A DNA stretch of 64,000 bases from an uncultured bacterium (GCA_963843795.1 CAWJLW010000006.1:2988375-3052374), one strand, 5' to 3'. Positions 8,918-19,486 are shown, counted from the first letter of the stretch. The notes: generated from the sequence alone by a model not told the origin. Numbers and translations: made by a program.

Positions 8918-10642
8918 ATGCCTTCTTCTCTCGAAAATCCCACCGACAACGAACATCACGACGCCGTTTCGCCCGACGTTTCCATCAGCGAAGACGCCGA
9001 TATGTCGTCCGCGCCGCTCGACCCCGATACCGCAGGCGCGCTGCAAGATTCATCCACGGGACGCGATGTCGCCAAAGCAACGGCGGGCGTTGGCATTATG
9101 CATTTGCTGCGCTTCGTGATCGGTTTTCTCGCGCAACCACTTATCGCGCACAATTTGGGTTTGCAATGGCAAGCCGATGCCTATGCGGTTTCGACCGACA
9201 TCATTCAGCGCTTGTGGCTGTTGTGGGAAAAAGTCGTCAATCCAGCATTTTTACCGACCTTCATCGGAGCCATGAAAGCCGAAGGCGAAGAACGCGCCTG
9301 GCGCCTGGCTTCGACTGCGACCATGCTCACGGGTGGTTCGCTGTTGGTGGCAACGCCCCTCGCGTACTTTCTGATGCCGCGTATCGTCGGCATTTATTCG
9401 CCCAATGCTGGGCCGGAAGAATTTGAGGCCACAGTGCGCATCTCGCGTATTCTGCTGGGCGGATTATTTTTCCTGGGAATTTCGTCGCTGACTTACACGA
9501 TTCTCAATGGTTACAAACGCTTCGCCATAGCCGCATTGGGTGACACGCTATGGAAACTGGGCATCTTCGCGGCAGCAGTGGCGATTGTGGCTTTCAAAAT
9601 CACGCCCGACCACGCCATTACCGTTATCGCTATCGGTTACATTTCCGGCGCATTGTTCAAACTGCTGCCGCATCTCGTCGCAATTGGCCAGAAATGGCGC
9701 ATGCTGCGTTTTCGTATCGACTGGAGCGACCCGCTGACCAAAACCATGATGATGCTCGCGTTACCTCTAGTTCTGGGCATCGTGGTTTCCGAAGCGCGCG
9801 GCGTGTATTTGCAACGTTTGGCCGATGATAAATCGATTCAAGTTGAGGCCGGACGCGCTGCGCTCAAATGGTCGCGAATCATCGGCGACAACTTGATTCA
9901 AGTTTTTCCCTATGCGCTTTCGATTGGCATTTTTCCCTATCTCGCCGATATGGCGCGCGACAAAGATCGCCAGCCATTGACCGACACTTTAATGGGCGCG
10001 CTGCGCGTGTGTTTTTTCACTTTCGCGCCGATTACGATGCTATTGATTGCTTTGCGTTTTCCGCTTTTACGCGCAGTTTGGGAATCGGGACGTTTGACGC
10101 ACGAGGACACAATTGCGATGAGCGGCCCGTTTGTGGGTTTTTCGATTGGGCTGGTAGCATTTTCCAGCGAAATGATGATTAACCAAACGTTCTACGCCAT
10201 GACGCGCGCGTGGGCACCGACGTTAATCGGCATCGCGATGAGCGGTGTTTGGGTTCTAATCGCTTATTTCGGTATTCAGGCCGGTTGGGGTTTGACGGCG
10301 ATTGCCGCCAGCGAAGCGATTTCCAAAACACTGAAATGTTTGATTATGTGGGTTTTGCTGCGCCCGCATCTCGGCGATGTACGACCTAAAGAAACCGCAC
10401 TTTTCGCCGCCAAAGTACTTGTGGGCGGCGCGATTGCCGCAGTTGCCGCCAGTTTCATCGTGGGCTTTATTGCACCGGATACGGGCGTTAGTCATTTCAA
10501 GATCAAAATGCTGTTGGCTGTCGTCGCTTCAGGCTTGAGCGCGGTCGTGATTTTCTTCGTTCTGGGCGCGCTTTTGGGCTTGCGCGAAACGCAGCAAGTT
10601 TTAGAATTCGGCGGCAAAATTCGCCGCAAATTTGCGCGTTAA
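8918..10642 (+). CDS. murJ: Lipid II flippase MurJ/MviN family
   Basis: Multi-TM protein; ADAYAV, NPAFLPTF, QTFYAM pattern of MviN. Confidence 0.8.
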   Translation: MPSSLENPTDNEHHDAVSPDVSISEDADMSSAPLDPDTAGALQDSSTGRDVAKATAGVGIMHLLRFVIGFLAQPLIAHNLGLQWQADAYAVSTDIIQRLWLLWEKVVNPAFLPTFIGAMKAEGEERAWRLASTATMLTGGSLLVATPLAYFLMPRIVGIYSPNAGPEEFEATVRISRILLGGLFFLGISSLTYTILNGYKRFAIAALGDTLWKLGIFAAAVAIVAFKITPDHAITVIAIGYISGALFKLLPHLVAIGQKWRMLRFRIDWSDPLTKTMMMLALPLVLGIVVSEARGVYLQRLADDKSIQVEAGRAALKWSRIIGDNLIQVFPYALSIGIFPYLADMARDKDRQPLTDTLMGALRVCFFTFAPITMLLIALRFPLLRAVWESGRLTHEDTIAMSGPFVGFSIGLVAFSSEMMINQTFYAMTRAWAPTLIGIAMSGVWVLIAYFGIQAGWGLTAIAASEAISKTLKCLIMWVLLRPHLGDVRPKETALFAAKVLVGGAIAAVAASFIVGFIAPDTGVSHFKIKMLLAVVASGLSAVVIFFVLGALLGLRETQQVLEFGGKIRRKFAR

Positions 10643-10715
10643 TTTTTCTTCCTGGGCAAAAATAACCCCAGCGAGTTTTGAGAAGCGTGTGCTGCAAGTA
10701 CTTGCAGGAGAAGTT

Positions 10716-11057
10716 ATGAGCCGTCATCGTCAGGACGCTGCGCCCAAAGCTATTCGCAAATTTTGCCCACAGTGTCGCTACACGTTGGTGCATTTGCGCG
10801 ATTTCACGGGAGCGTCAAGTTTGGACGCGCCGAAATCGGAAGTTTATGGCGCGTATGAGACGTCGCGAATCGGACAATTCGGTTTAACCGGTTTGATCAT
10901 CCGTTTGCTGATTGATGCCGCCGGAGGTTTGTCGAGGGGCAACCAGGCCGCCAAACGTCGCACTCAAATCAAACATTTGCGCGACGATATTCTGCCCGCC
11001 GACCCAATGGCGCGCGTCTGTCCACACTGTTTGCATCTCGTCTTGAGCGACGAATAA
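10716..11057 (+). CDS. Hypothetical protein with split CxxC...CxxC Zn ribbon
   Basis: GGAG RBS then ATG 10716; CPQC and CPHC. Confidence 0.6.
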   Translation: MSRHRQDAAPKAIRKFCPQCRYTLVHLRDFTGASSLDAPKSEVYGAYETSRIGQFGLTGLIIRLLIDAAGGLSRGNQAAKRRTQIKHLRDDILPADPMARVCPHCLHLVLSDE

Positions 11058-11170
11058 CGCTGCAAGTCTTAAAAGCGCGCTTCTCTCAAAAATCTCTGCG
11101 TTTCTGCGAAAACATTGTGAACTCTGCGCGAAACCCAAGCGCGAAACTTGGTTAAACTGGCGTTTTCGTT

Positions 11171-12721
11171 ATGTCCACTTCTTCAGCGCCCAACTCCGCC
11201 AACTCTCAACCGATTTCGCTTTCTTTGCAACCCGTCAAGCTCGATCACGAGCGCATGATGGATTGCATTCACTGCGGCCTTTGCCTGTCGCAATGCCCGA
11301 CGTATGCCGAAGATGGCGTCGAGGCCGATTCGCCGCGCGGTCGCATTTATCTGATGCGTGCTCTGGCCGAAGGTCGCGTCGAGGCCACGCCGGACGTGAC
11401 CAAACATTTCGATTCGTGTCTGGGCTGTCGCGCCTGCGAAACCGCGTGTCCGTCCGGTGTGCAATACGGGCATTTGCTGGAAAATGTGCGCGCCCATTTG
11501 CGCGAGACTGCGCCCACACCGCTGAAAAAAAGTCTGATTATTCGCGCGCTGGAAAGCTCGTTTCCTTATCCCGACCGTTTGGATATGCTGTTGCTGCCGA
11601 TTCGCGCGCTGCGTAAAAGCGGTGTGATGAATTTGCTGCATCGCAGCGGATTCATGAAATTATTGGGCAATCTGGGCGCGATGGAAGGAATGTTACCCGC
11701 GCTTGGCCCGACGCGCGCGCATCGCAAGTTTGCAGAATCATTTGCAGCGCGCGGCGAACAGCAGGCACAAGTCGGAATGTTGACCGGTTGCGTGATGCCC
11801 GTAATGCAAGGTCATGTGAATGATGCCACAGCGCGCGTTTTAACTAAAGCCGGTTGCGCCGTCCAAGCACCCAAAAATCAAAGTTGTTGCGGTGCGCTAC
11901 ACGCGCATTCGGGCGATTTGAAGACCGCGCACGATTTGGCGCGCCACAATATCGAGTTATTTGAACAATGCGAACGCGAACACGGCGAGTTCGACGCAAT
12001 TATCGTGAACGCCGCCGGTTGTGGTGCGGCGATGAAAGAATACGAAGGCTGGCTGTCCGACGACCCGCAATGGAAAGAACGCGCCGAAAAGTTTTCCCAC
12101 AAAGTGCGCGATGTTTCGGAATGGCTGGCACAAAAGCCGTTTATGTCGCGTTTGGAAGAATTGATGCAGCCACATCCTGTTGCAAGTACTTGCAGCGCAT
12201 CTGTAAACGATATCGCTCGTGAAACCATACCCAACACCAGCGGTGCGACGACTGCGGGCAAGCCGCACGAAAGTGATGCCGTACGGCGCGAAGAAAAAAT
12301 CGCTGCCACGCCCGCCGATCAGCAAACCCTGCCGCCCAAAAACCAAGGCAAGCAAAAACCTTCCAGTGGTGAAATCATCACTTATCATGATGCGTGTCAT
12401 CTGGCGCACGGTCAGGGCATTCGCGTGCCGCCGCGCGAACTGGTGCAAAGCGCGGCCAATTCCGAAGGCATCGAAATGGTGCCTTTAAATGAAAGTGATA
12501 TGTGTTGTGGCAGCGCAGGCACTTACAACATTTTACAGCCGGAGATGGCGAATCGGTTGCTGGAGCGCAAAATGGAAAACATCCGGCGCACTGGCGCGCA
12601 AACCGTGGTATCGTCGAATCCAGGTTGCACGATGCAATTGAAAATGGGAGCGAAACAGTTCAAAGTTCCGGTCGAAATTCTGCATCCCGTCGAAGTTCTC
12701 GACCGTGCCACAGGTGAATAA
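11171..12721 (+). CDS. glcF: Glycolate oxidase Fe-S subunit GlcF-like (2x4Fe-4S plus 2 CCG domains)
   Basis: CIHCGLCLSQCP, SPRGR, CLGCRACETACPSGV, CCGAL, YHDACHLAHGQ, CCGSAGTYN. Confidence 0.85.
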   Translation: MSTSSAPNSANSQPISLSLQPVKLDHERMMDCIHCGLCLSQCPTYAEDGVEADSPRGRIYLMRALAEGRVEATPDVTKHFDSCLGCRACETACPSGVQYGHLLENVRAHLRETAPTPLKKSLIIRALESSFPYPDRLDMLLLPIRALRKSGVMNLLHRSGFMKLLGNLGAMEGMLPALGPTRAHRKFAESFAARGEQQAQVGMLTGCVMPVMQGHVNDATARVLTKAGCAVQAPKNQSCCGALHAHSGDLKTAHDLARHNIELFEQCEREHGEFDAIIVNAAGCGAAMKEYEGWLSDDPQWKERAEKFSHKVRDVSEWLAQKPFMSRLEELMQPHPVASTCSASVNDIARETIPNTSGATTAGKPHESDAVRREEKIAATPADQQTLPPKNQGKQKPSSGEIITYHDACHLAHGQGIRVPPRELVQSAANSEGIEMVPLNESDMCCGSAGTYNILQPEMANRLLERKMENIRRTGAQTVVSSNPGCTMQLKMGAKQFKVPVEILHPVEVLDRATGE

Positions 12722-12856
12722 ACGGCTGAGTAAAACAATTTTGAATTCACCGCGCAGGACGCAAAAATTTCTACAAAAAGAAACGGTTTGAATGTCCTGC
12801 AAGTACTTGCGGCTATGTTCAAAACGTGTGCGGTGAATTGTGATTGAGGTGAAATT

Positions 12857-13294
12857 ATGTCTGATTGGCCGATTTGGGATTTGGATGATGCCAACGCGAT
12901 GATTCCGCAATTAGTGGCGCTCACGCAAGACGCTATCGACCAGATTGCGCGTGCCGAACGCGCGTGGCACGGCTTGCCGTTTCGCACTTACGATGCGATT
13001 CGCGGCGCGACTCACGAAGACCTGATTCGCGCTGACTGGGCGCGCGCGGTCGCCAGTTTGGGCATACAGCCGCAAGCCTATTTCGTGGTCGCAATGCAAA
13101 GCATTGATGCTCAAACCCTGCTCTGTTGGAGCTACGGCGACACTCACATCACGCGCGAATTTTCCTGCTGGGAAACTTTCGAACATTGCCGCCGCATCTC
13201 CGATACCAACCGCTTTCGCTATCCCCAAGCTCCCGAAGATTCGCACCCCGAAGACGATCCATTGCGCGACGAATGGTTGCGCGACGAAACGTAA
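12857..13294 (+). CDS. Hypothetical protein, DUF2203-like
   Basis: WDLDDANAMIP...LLCWSYGDTHI...RRI pattern; GAGG RBS. Confidence 0.55.
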   Translation: MSDWPIWDLDDANAMIPQLVALTQDAIDQIARAERAWHGLPFRTYDAIRGATHEDLIRADWARAVASLGIQPQAYFVVAMQSIDAQTLLCWSYGDTHITREFSCWETFEHCRRISDTNRFRYPQAPEDSHPEDDPLRDEWLRDET

Positions 13295-13344
13295 AATCCG
13301 CTGTAAAACCAAAATGTGGCCGCACATTCGCTCTATGGTTTCAC

Positions 13345-14412
13345 ATGAGCGAAACCGTTAATCTCACACCCGATATTCAACACGCGCGCGCCGCATTCCG
13401 CGGTTTTCTCAACAATTGCGCGCCTGATGAAAGACTTCTGTGCTTGCACGATAGCGATGCAGATGGCATCACAGCGGGCGTTTTATGGCAGCGCGCACTG
13501 GAACGATTGGGCTATCGAAATTTAGTTCGCATCGCGCCCGACCGCGAGCGCAACGCGTGGACGAAAAGCAATCGCGCGCGTGTGAGCGAACTCGCGCCGG
13601 ACAAACTATTTCTGCTCGATTTAGGTTCGCAAACCCAGCGCGTTTTGCCAGATGTGCCGATGTGTATCATCGACCATCATCATCCCGAAGGTTGCCCGCC
13701 TGACGACACCTTGATTTCCGCTTACAGTTGGAGCCCAATTCCCAACACTTCGCTGCTTTTTTACAATTTGTGCGCGGATTTAGTCGATCTGTCCGACTTG
13801 GAATGGATTGCAGCGATTGGCACCTTCAGCGATCTGGGTGAAAAAGCGCCTTTTGAAATCGTCGCCAACGCGAAAAAGCAATATACCGCCAAATATCTGA
13901 AGGAAGCGACGGCGCTGGTCAATGCGTCGCGTCGCGCCGCCAACTACGATCCCGAAAGCGCCGCGCAAGCCTTACTAACGCATGATTCACCGCGTGAACT
14001 GGTGAATTCCGATTCCAACTCGGTGCAAGTACTTGCCACAGCGCGCGCGCAAGTCAAAGACGCTTTGAACGAAGCCAAAAAAGCCGCGCCAGTTTTCGCC
14101 GGTCAAGCCGCTCTCATTCGCACCCATTCGCCATGCCAAATTCATCCATTGATCGCGCAAATCTGGCGCTCGCGACTGCCCAAATATTTTGTGATGGCGG
14201 CAAACACCGGTTATTTGCCAAATCGCGTCAATTTTTCATGTCGTGGCGAAAATGTGCTGCAATGGCTGCGTAGTTTCGATTTGGGCATCGCACCTGAGGA
14301 AGAAAGCGGCTACGGTCACGGCCACGACGCGGCTTCGGGCGGCAGTTTGCCAGTTGAAAAATGGAATCTTCTGCTCGAAAAGATCGGCTTTCCCAACGAT
14401 GTGAAAGCGTAA
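13345..14412 (+). CDS. DHH/DHHA1 family phosphoesterase (RecJ-like)
   Basis: HDSDADG, LDLG, IDHH, GHGHDAASG. Confidence 0.85.
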   Translation: MSETVNLTPDIQHARAAFRGFLNNCAPDERLLCLHDSDADGITAGVLWQRALERLGYRNLVRIAPDRERNAWTKSNRARVSELAPDKLFLLDLGSQTQRVLPDVPMCIIDHHHPEGCPPDDTLISAYSWSPIPNTSLLFYNLCADLVDLSDLEWIAAIGTFSDLGEKAPFEIVANAKKQYTAKYLKEATALVNASRRAANYDPESAAQALLTHDSPRELVNSDSNSVQVLATARAQVKDALNEAKKAAPVFAGQAALIRTHSPCQIHPLIAQIWRSRLPKYFVMAANTGYLPNRVNFSCRGENVLQWLRSFDLGIAPEEESGYGHGHDAASGGSLPVEKWNLLLEKIGFPNDVKA

Positions 14413-14473
14413 AAACGCGTGGCAAGTACTTGCCACGAGGAATAATCGCGTATAAAAACGGGCATAATAAGCC

Positions 14474-15427
14474 ATGCGACAAAAATTACGCGTTGCCGAC
14501 TCGCTGATGTTAGCTCCGATTTTATTGATTGGTGGCGTCGGTTACTGGCAACAACAGCGCACGCAAAAAGACAATCAGCCCACGCGCATCGAAGTGCGCT
14601 CGCTAGAAGTTTTGCCACCCACACCAAGTGATGTGGCGCGCGGTTTCGATACGCGCGTGAAATTGAGCTTGGGTTATTTGGGCGCCCAACCGCGCGGTTG
14701 GGGCGTGACGGATTGGCAAAAATTTTCTCTGTCGCGCATTTCTCAACCCACAGTAGTTCCATCGAAAATTTCAAAGCAGAAAATTGAAGTGCGCGATGTC
14801 GAAAATCGTTTTGATGCGCGAAATGCGGTTTATATCGGAACGTATTTGATGAAGTTGCGCGCCGTATCGAACGATGTGCCAGTGGTATTGAGTGCCTCGT
14901 TCCAATCCTCCGAATTACAAAAAACACCGATGGGAACAGCATTGGTAATGAACATAGAGCGGGCTTTGAACTGGCGTGTTGTAGTGCGCCAAAAAGGTGT
15001 CAAAACATCGTCCCTAGCACCAGCCTCACATTTCAACGGTTTGAAATTGAAAAGCATTACATTGGATGATAAGCGCAAAGGCAAATCTTCGTGGAACTTT
15101 GATATTAGGGTAGTATGTGAACTCATACCTCCGCTTGTTGACGAACGCACGGTGTGGAGTCGCATCAGCCCCATGCACGGAGACATTTATTTAACCGATT
15201 CCAAAGGCCAACGCTTCAAAGGTTTGACTTATTCGCCGGTGATGAGAATTATTAATGACAAGGGTGAAATGGGATTAAGTCCTAAACAAGTGGAACTTTC
15301 TTTTTACTCTTGGGAAAATTTTCCAAAAGACACCAGTGACCTAACTTTTCACACGAAAATCAGCGTCGATGATTTGTGGCCGCTCGAAATCAAGGTTCCC
15401 ATCAAAGACATTCCGCCGTTTAGATAA
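14474..15427 (+). CDS. Hypothetical protein with N-terminal membrane anchor
   Basis: 317-aa ORF with hydrophobic LMLAPILLIGGVGYW; the 3' half is visibly more AT-rich. Confidence 0.65.
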   Translation: MRQKLRVADSLMLAPILLIGGVGYWQQQRTQKDNQPTRIEVRSLEVLPPTPSDVARGFDTRVKLSLGYLGAQPRGWGVTDWQKFSLSRISQPTVVPSKISKQKIEVRDVENRFDARNAVYIGTYLMKLRAVSNDVPVVLSASFQSSELQKTPMGTALVMNIERALNWRVVVRQKGVKTSSLAPASHFNGLKLKSITLDDKRKGKSSWNFDIRVVCELIPPLVDERTVWSRISPMHGDIYLTDSKGQRFKGLTYSPVMRIINDKGEMGLSPKQVELSFYSWENFPKDTSDLTFHTKISVDDLWPLEIKVPIKDIPPFR

Positions 15428-15534
15428 TTGCGCTGCAAGTACTTGCAGCGATAAGGAACCGCGTCAAGAATAAACGTCACTACTGCGCTGTCAATTTGTC
15501 ATAATCACCCGAAATTTAAAAGACAAGGAAAAAC

Positions 15535-16794
15535 ATGCAATTGAATCGCAACACGGGCGCGCTATTGGGCGCAGCTTTTATCGCTATTGCGCCGCTTCAC
15601 AGCGTGCGGGCTCAGGACGACACTAAAGCGGCCAACGACGCGCTGATGCAAAACGCCGCAGTGCAAAAAGTCGAACAGGTTCCCAATATCAAAAAAGGTA
15701 GCGTCGGCGAAGGCGTGCCGAATTTTACGGTGCGCGCCGGTTATCGCGTCACGCTGGCTTCGCCCGATTTGGGGGAAGCGCGTTTTATGGAATGGGATGA
15801 TAAGGGCACACTGTTCGTCTCACAACCCAACCGAGGCAAAATTATCGCCTTGACCGATAAGAATAAAGACGGCGTCTACGATGCGCCGACCGATTTCATC
15901 ACCGATAAAAACTCCGCGCACGGCATGCACTGGCACAACGGCTGGCTGTGGTTCACGCAGAGCGGTGCCATTTACCGTGCGCGCGACACCAATGGTGATG
16001 GCAAAGCCGATGAAGTCGTGACCGTCATTCCCGATGGGGAACTGCCCAAAGGCGGCCACTGGTGGCGCTCGATCTTGGTCACCGACAATGGCTTTTTCAC
16101 TTCGATTGGCGATGGTGGCAACGCTTCAGATCAAACCGATACCGACCGCCAGAAAATCTGGTTTTATTCCTTAGATGGCAAAACGAAAAAGTTGTGGGCG
16201 AGCGGAATTCGCAACACGGAAAAGCTGCGCTTCCGTCCCGGCACGACCGAATTGTACGGCAGTGATCACGGCAGCGATGATTTTGGTAAAACCTACGGTG
16301 AAAAAGACGCCGCGAACAAGCCCATCACCGACCGCATTCCGCCCGAAGAATTTAATTATTACCAGGAAGGTCATTTCTACGGTCATCCGTTCATCATTGC
16401 GCTGGGCATTCCGCGCCCCGAGTTCGCCGACCGTCCCGACATTCTGGAATTGGCCGCGAAAACCACCGCTCCCGCGTGGAATATGGGACCGCACTGGGCC
16501 GTGAACGGTTGGACTTTTACTACGAAAAACACGCTGGGCAACGCTGGCGACGCTTACATGGCTTCGCATGGTTCGTGGAACAGCAGTGTGAAATCGGGCT
16601 ATCGCATCGAGCACATCATGTTCGACGACATGACCGGTAAGCCGATGGGCGCGCAATTGATGGTTTCCACGCTTACGCCTGACGGAAGAAACAATCTGGC
16701 GCGTCCGGTCGATTGCTTGGAAGCTCCCGATGGCACGTTGTTGTTTTCCGACGATCAAACCAATCGCGTTTATCGCTTGTCGCGCGAGAAATAA
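15535..16794 (+). CDS. Secreted PQQ-dependent glucose/sorbosone dehydrogenase-like beta-propeller
   Basis: Signal peptide, GGHWWR, GIRN, PPEE, HGSWN, RPVD...APDG.LLFSDD. Confidence 0.85.
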   Translation: MQLNRNTGALLGAAFIAIAPLHSVRAQDDTKAANDALMQNAAVQKVEQVPNIKKGSVGEGVPNFTVRAGYRVTLASPDLGEARFMEWDDKGTLFVSQPNRGKIIALTDKNKDGVYDAPTDFITDKNSAHGMHWHNGWLWFTQSGAIYRARDTNGDGKADEVVTVIPDGELPKGGHWWRSILVTDNGFFTSIGDGGNASDQTDTDRQKIWFYSLDGKTKKLWASGIRNTEKLRFRPGTTELYGSDHGSDDFGKTYGEKDAANKPITDRIPPEEFNYYQEGHFYGHPFIIALGIPRPEFADRPDILELAAKTTAPAWNMGPHWAVNGWTFTTKNTLGNAGDAYMASHGSWNSSVKSGYRIEHIMFDDMTGKPMGAQLMVSTLTPDGRNNLARPVDCLEAPDGTLLFSDDQTNRVYRLSREK

Positions 16795-16806
16795 ACTGAC
16801 ACTTCC

Positions 16807-17448
16807 ATGAAACTGCACGCTTTCTGGCCCCATTGTCTGGGCATTTTCGCTTTGTCCGTCGCTTTACGCGGCGGGCAAAGTGCGCCGGTTCGCTATCAAC
16901 CGTTGCAAGCGCCGACCGAAAAAGCTGAAATCAAAACCGCGTTTGCTGCAATGGATTACTACGGCAATCATTGTGGCCGCTGTCATGGCATCGAAGGCGC
17001 GAATTACGACACGCAGAGTTTGAAAAAACGCGATGCGATTTCGCTGCGCACCGTCACCGACGAAATGGCCAAAGGGCCGGGACAAGCGCCACTGGAAGCC
17101 GAACAACTCGACGCAGTGACAGCGTGGCATCAAGCGTTTATCGCAGGCAAGCCATTTGTTAGCGTGACCGAAATTCAGCGCGAAGGCAGCAAAATTCAAC
17201 TCAAAGGCGAAGCCACATCGGATGCAAAAATTGAATTAAGTTGCACGACGACGCCCGATGCGCCTCAAGTACTTGCGCCCCGCGAAGGCACAATGTGGAG
17301 CGCGCAGTTGCCTGCCGACACAGATTTATCGACGTTGCAAGTACTTGCTACTAAAGGCGACAGCCAAACACTGTTGAAGTTAGATGGTGCGGCTTACTCC
17401 TACGCTCAGTCCAATAAAACCGAGTCAAACTCAACTGAACCGAAGTAA
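16807..17448 (+). CDS. Secreted monoheme cytochrome c domain protein
   Basis: Signal peptide, CGRCH heme motif, candidate distal Met; starts 12 nt after the dehydrogenase. Confidence 0.75.
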   Translation: MKLHAFWPHCLGIFALSVALRGGQSAPVRYQPLQAPTEKAEIKTAFAAMDYYGNHCGRCHGIEGANYDTQSLKKRDAISLRTVTDEMAKGPGQAPLEAEQLDAVTAWHQAFIAGKPFVSVTEIQREGSKIQLKGEATSDAKIELSCTTTPDAPQVLAPREGTMWSAQLPADTDLSTLQVLATKGDSQTLLKLDGAAYSYAQSNKTESNSTEPK

Positions 17449-17467
17449 TTTTTTTGCCCCAGAGCCA

Positions 17468-17503
17468 CAAAAACCTCCTGCAAGTACTTGCAGGAGGTTT
17501 TTG
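17468..17503. terminator. 36-bp perfect palindrome with A/T tails between convergent genes
   Basis: caaaaacctcctgcaagt|acttgcaggaggtttttg. Confidence 0.65.
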
Positions 17504-17515
17504 GCGTTTTCACAT

Positions 17516-18496
17516 TCAATAATCGCCGGTCGCGTATTTCAGTGGTTGCGCCAGATAACCTTGCGCGCGTAGATCGCGTGCAAATTCTGCGTCGAAACCG
17601 TGCGTGGTGTAAATTGTACCCGCGCCGCTGAGGCCAACGTACGCCATCAAATCGTCGTAGCCCGCGTGGTCGGAAAGCGGAAACGCTACGTCAGTGCCGA
17701 AACGCCATTTCGCGCCCGCGTCCATCGCCCAGCCCGAAACATACGCGGTTTTCAAAGAGTGCGCGCGGCTCAATTCCTTAAACCAGCGGCCGCGCTGACA
17801 GCCCGACGCGCACAACAAAACGCCATCGAAATCGTCAATTTTGCTTTCGTCATACAAGCGATAATCGGGAAATTCGACGCCCAGTTTTCGATATAAATTT
17901 GCCATTTTCCAGTGCGCGTCGTGCAAATAAATCGGTGCATCGAAACCTTTCAAACCGGCCAGAACTTCCTGCCCTTTTCCCAAACTGTAACAGAATACGA
18001 CCGGACGCGAACCCGTATTCAAAACGCTGCGACACCAACGCGCGATGTCGTCCAAAACGCTTTGATTGTCGGGAAAACGATAATGCGGACGGCCAAAGGT
18101 CGTCTCCATAATCACAATATCGGCACTGGGAACTTCAGCAATTTCCGAACTCAATGAAGGTCGCAATTTGAAATCGCCGGAGTAAAGCAATTTCATGCCT
18201 TCGTGTTCGACCAAAACCTGACTCGAACCCAGCACATGACCCGCAGGCCATAAGCTGAAACTGCCGCCGCCATCGCAGTAAACCGACTGCCGGAAATCGA
18301 CATGGCGAAACTGCGTGCGACGTGCGCCACGCAATTGCATCATCGCAGCCGTCGCGGGCGTGGCAACCACTTCGCCATGCTTTTTCATGTGGTCGGCGTG
18401 CGCGTGGGAAACGATAGCACGCGTCCGTTCTCGATGTGGATCGAGCCACAAATTCGTGGCGGGCAAATGCACGCCGTCGTTATAAAGTACTTGCAT
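17516..18496 (-). CDS. MBL-fold beta-CASP nuclease (ligase-associated DNA damage response exonuclease-like)
   Basis: SHAHADH, AGHVLGS, SGDFK, ETTFG, LSDHA, THG. Confidence 0.82.
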   Translation of the reverse strand: MQVLYNDGVHLPATNLWLDPHRERTRAIVSHAHADHMKKHGEVVATPATAAMMQLRGARRTQFRHVDFRQSVYCDGGGSFSLWPAGHVLGSSQVLVEHEGMKLLYSGDFKLRPSLSSEIAEVPSADIVIMETTFGRPHYRFPDNQSVLDDIARWCRSVLNTGSRPVVFCYSLGKGQEVLAGLKGFDAPIYLHDAHWKMANLYRKLGVEFPDYRLYDESKIDDFDGVLLCASGCQRGRWFKELSRAHSLKTAYVSGWAMDAGAKWRFGTDVAFPLSDHAGYDDLMAYVGLSGAGTIYTTHGFDAEFARDLRAQGYLAQPLKYATGDY

Positions 18497-18608
18497 AATG
18501 TTATTCCAGTGAAAACAATGAAAGCCAACGTTTGACAGCAATTTTCGTTGCCTGCAAGTACTTGCAGCAAGCACTTGCCATGTGCGCCAGAGATGCGAAA
18601 ATAGAAGT

Positions 18609-19256
18609 ATGAAATTTATCTCGCTCAACGACACGATTTACGATTATGCCGTGCATCAGCGCACGGCCGATGCGGAGCTTTTTGCCCAACTGCGCGAGCG
18701 CACCGAAAATGTCGGGCCGGAAAGCGAAATGCTGATTCCGTCCGATCAGGGCACGCTGCTTTCGATTCTGGTCGCTGCGACTGGCGTGAAAAACGCCATC
18801 GAAATCGGCACGTTCACCGGCATGAGCAGCCTTTATATCGCGCGCGCTTTGCCCGCTGACGGCAAACTTTTGTGCTGCGATGTGAGCGCAGAATGGACGA
18901 ATATCGCGCGCGAATACTGGCAGCGCGGCGGCGTTGAAAACAAAATCGAACTGCGTATCGCTCCCGCAACCGAAACGCTGGAAAACTTGACCGATGAAAC
19001 TTTCGATTTCGCTTTCATCGACGCCGACAAAGGCAATTATCCCGCGTATTATGAAGCCATTCTGCCTCGTCTGCGCGATAACGGCCTGATTGTTTTCGAC
19101 AATATGCTGCGGCGCGGACGTTTGGCGCATCCCGACCAACACAACGAAGACGACAAAATTTTAGATGCTTTGAATCGCAGTTTGGCGGCTGATAATCGCG
19201 TAGAATCGGTTCTGGTCACGATTGGCGACGGCTTGAATATCGTGCGCAAACGTTGA
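18609..19256 (+). CDS. SAM-dependent O-methyltransferase (caffeoyl-CoA OMT-like)
   Basis: EIGTFTG, FDFAFIDADK, DNML, IGDGL. Confidence 0.9.
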   Translation: MKFISLNDTIYDYAVHQRTADAELFAQLRERTENVGPESEMLIPSDQGTLLSILVAATGVKNAIEIGTFTGMSSLYIARALPADGKLLCCDVSAEWTNIAREYWQRGGVENKIELRIAPATETLENLTDETFDFAFIDADKGNYPAYYEAILPRLRDNGLIVFDNMLRRGRLAHPDQHNEDDKILDALNRSLAADNRVESVLVTIGDGLNIVRKR

Positions 19257-19326
19257 GGAAAAGCGGGAACTACGCTTTAAGAAAGGCGTTGAGCCAATAC
19301 GACAACTGAACGACAATTTGGAAACC

Positions 19327-19416
19327 GAAGGGGAGTAGCAACTGCGAAAGCAGATGCAAATATCGTCAATTCGCTCGAAAAACGAGCCGGTATTTGCAAC
19401 CGAAAGCGAGACCTTC
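19327..19416 (+). ncRNA. yybP-ykoY manganese riboswitch
   Basis: GAAGGGGAGUAGC...UCGUCAAU...CCGG...GCGAGACCUUC matches the family landmarks; upstream of a TerC/Alx gene. Confidence 0.85.
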
Positions 19417-19443
19417 ACCGTTAATAACGGTGAAGGTCTTTTT
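19409..19443 (+). terminator. Riboswitch-controlled intrinsic terminator
   Basis: agaccttcaccgtta-a-taacggtgaaggtct followed by a T run; its 5' arm overlaps the 3' strand of the aptamer. Confidence 0.8.
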
Positions 19444-19486
19444 GCATTTGTCAGCCCGAAAATTTCAATCTTCCAAGGAGAAAGTT

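Noticed and set aside
14900..15427. AT-richer segment as a mobile element or island
   Set aside because: It lies within a single ORF, with no transposase, integrase, terminal repeats or flanking tRNA.
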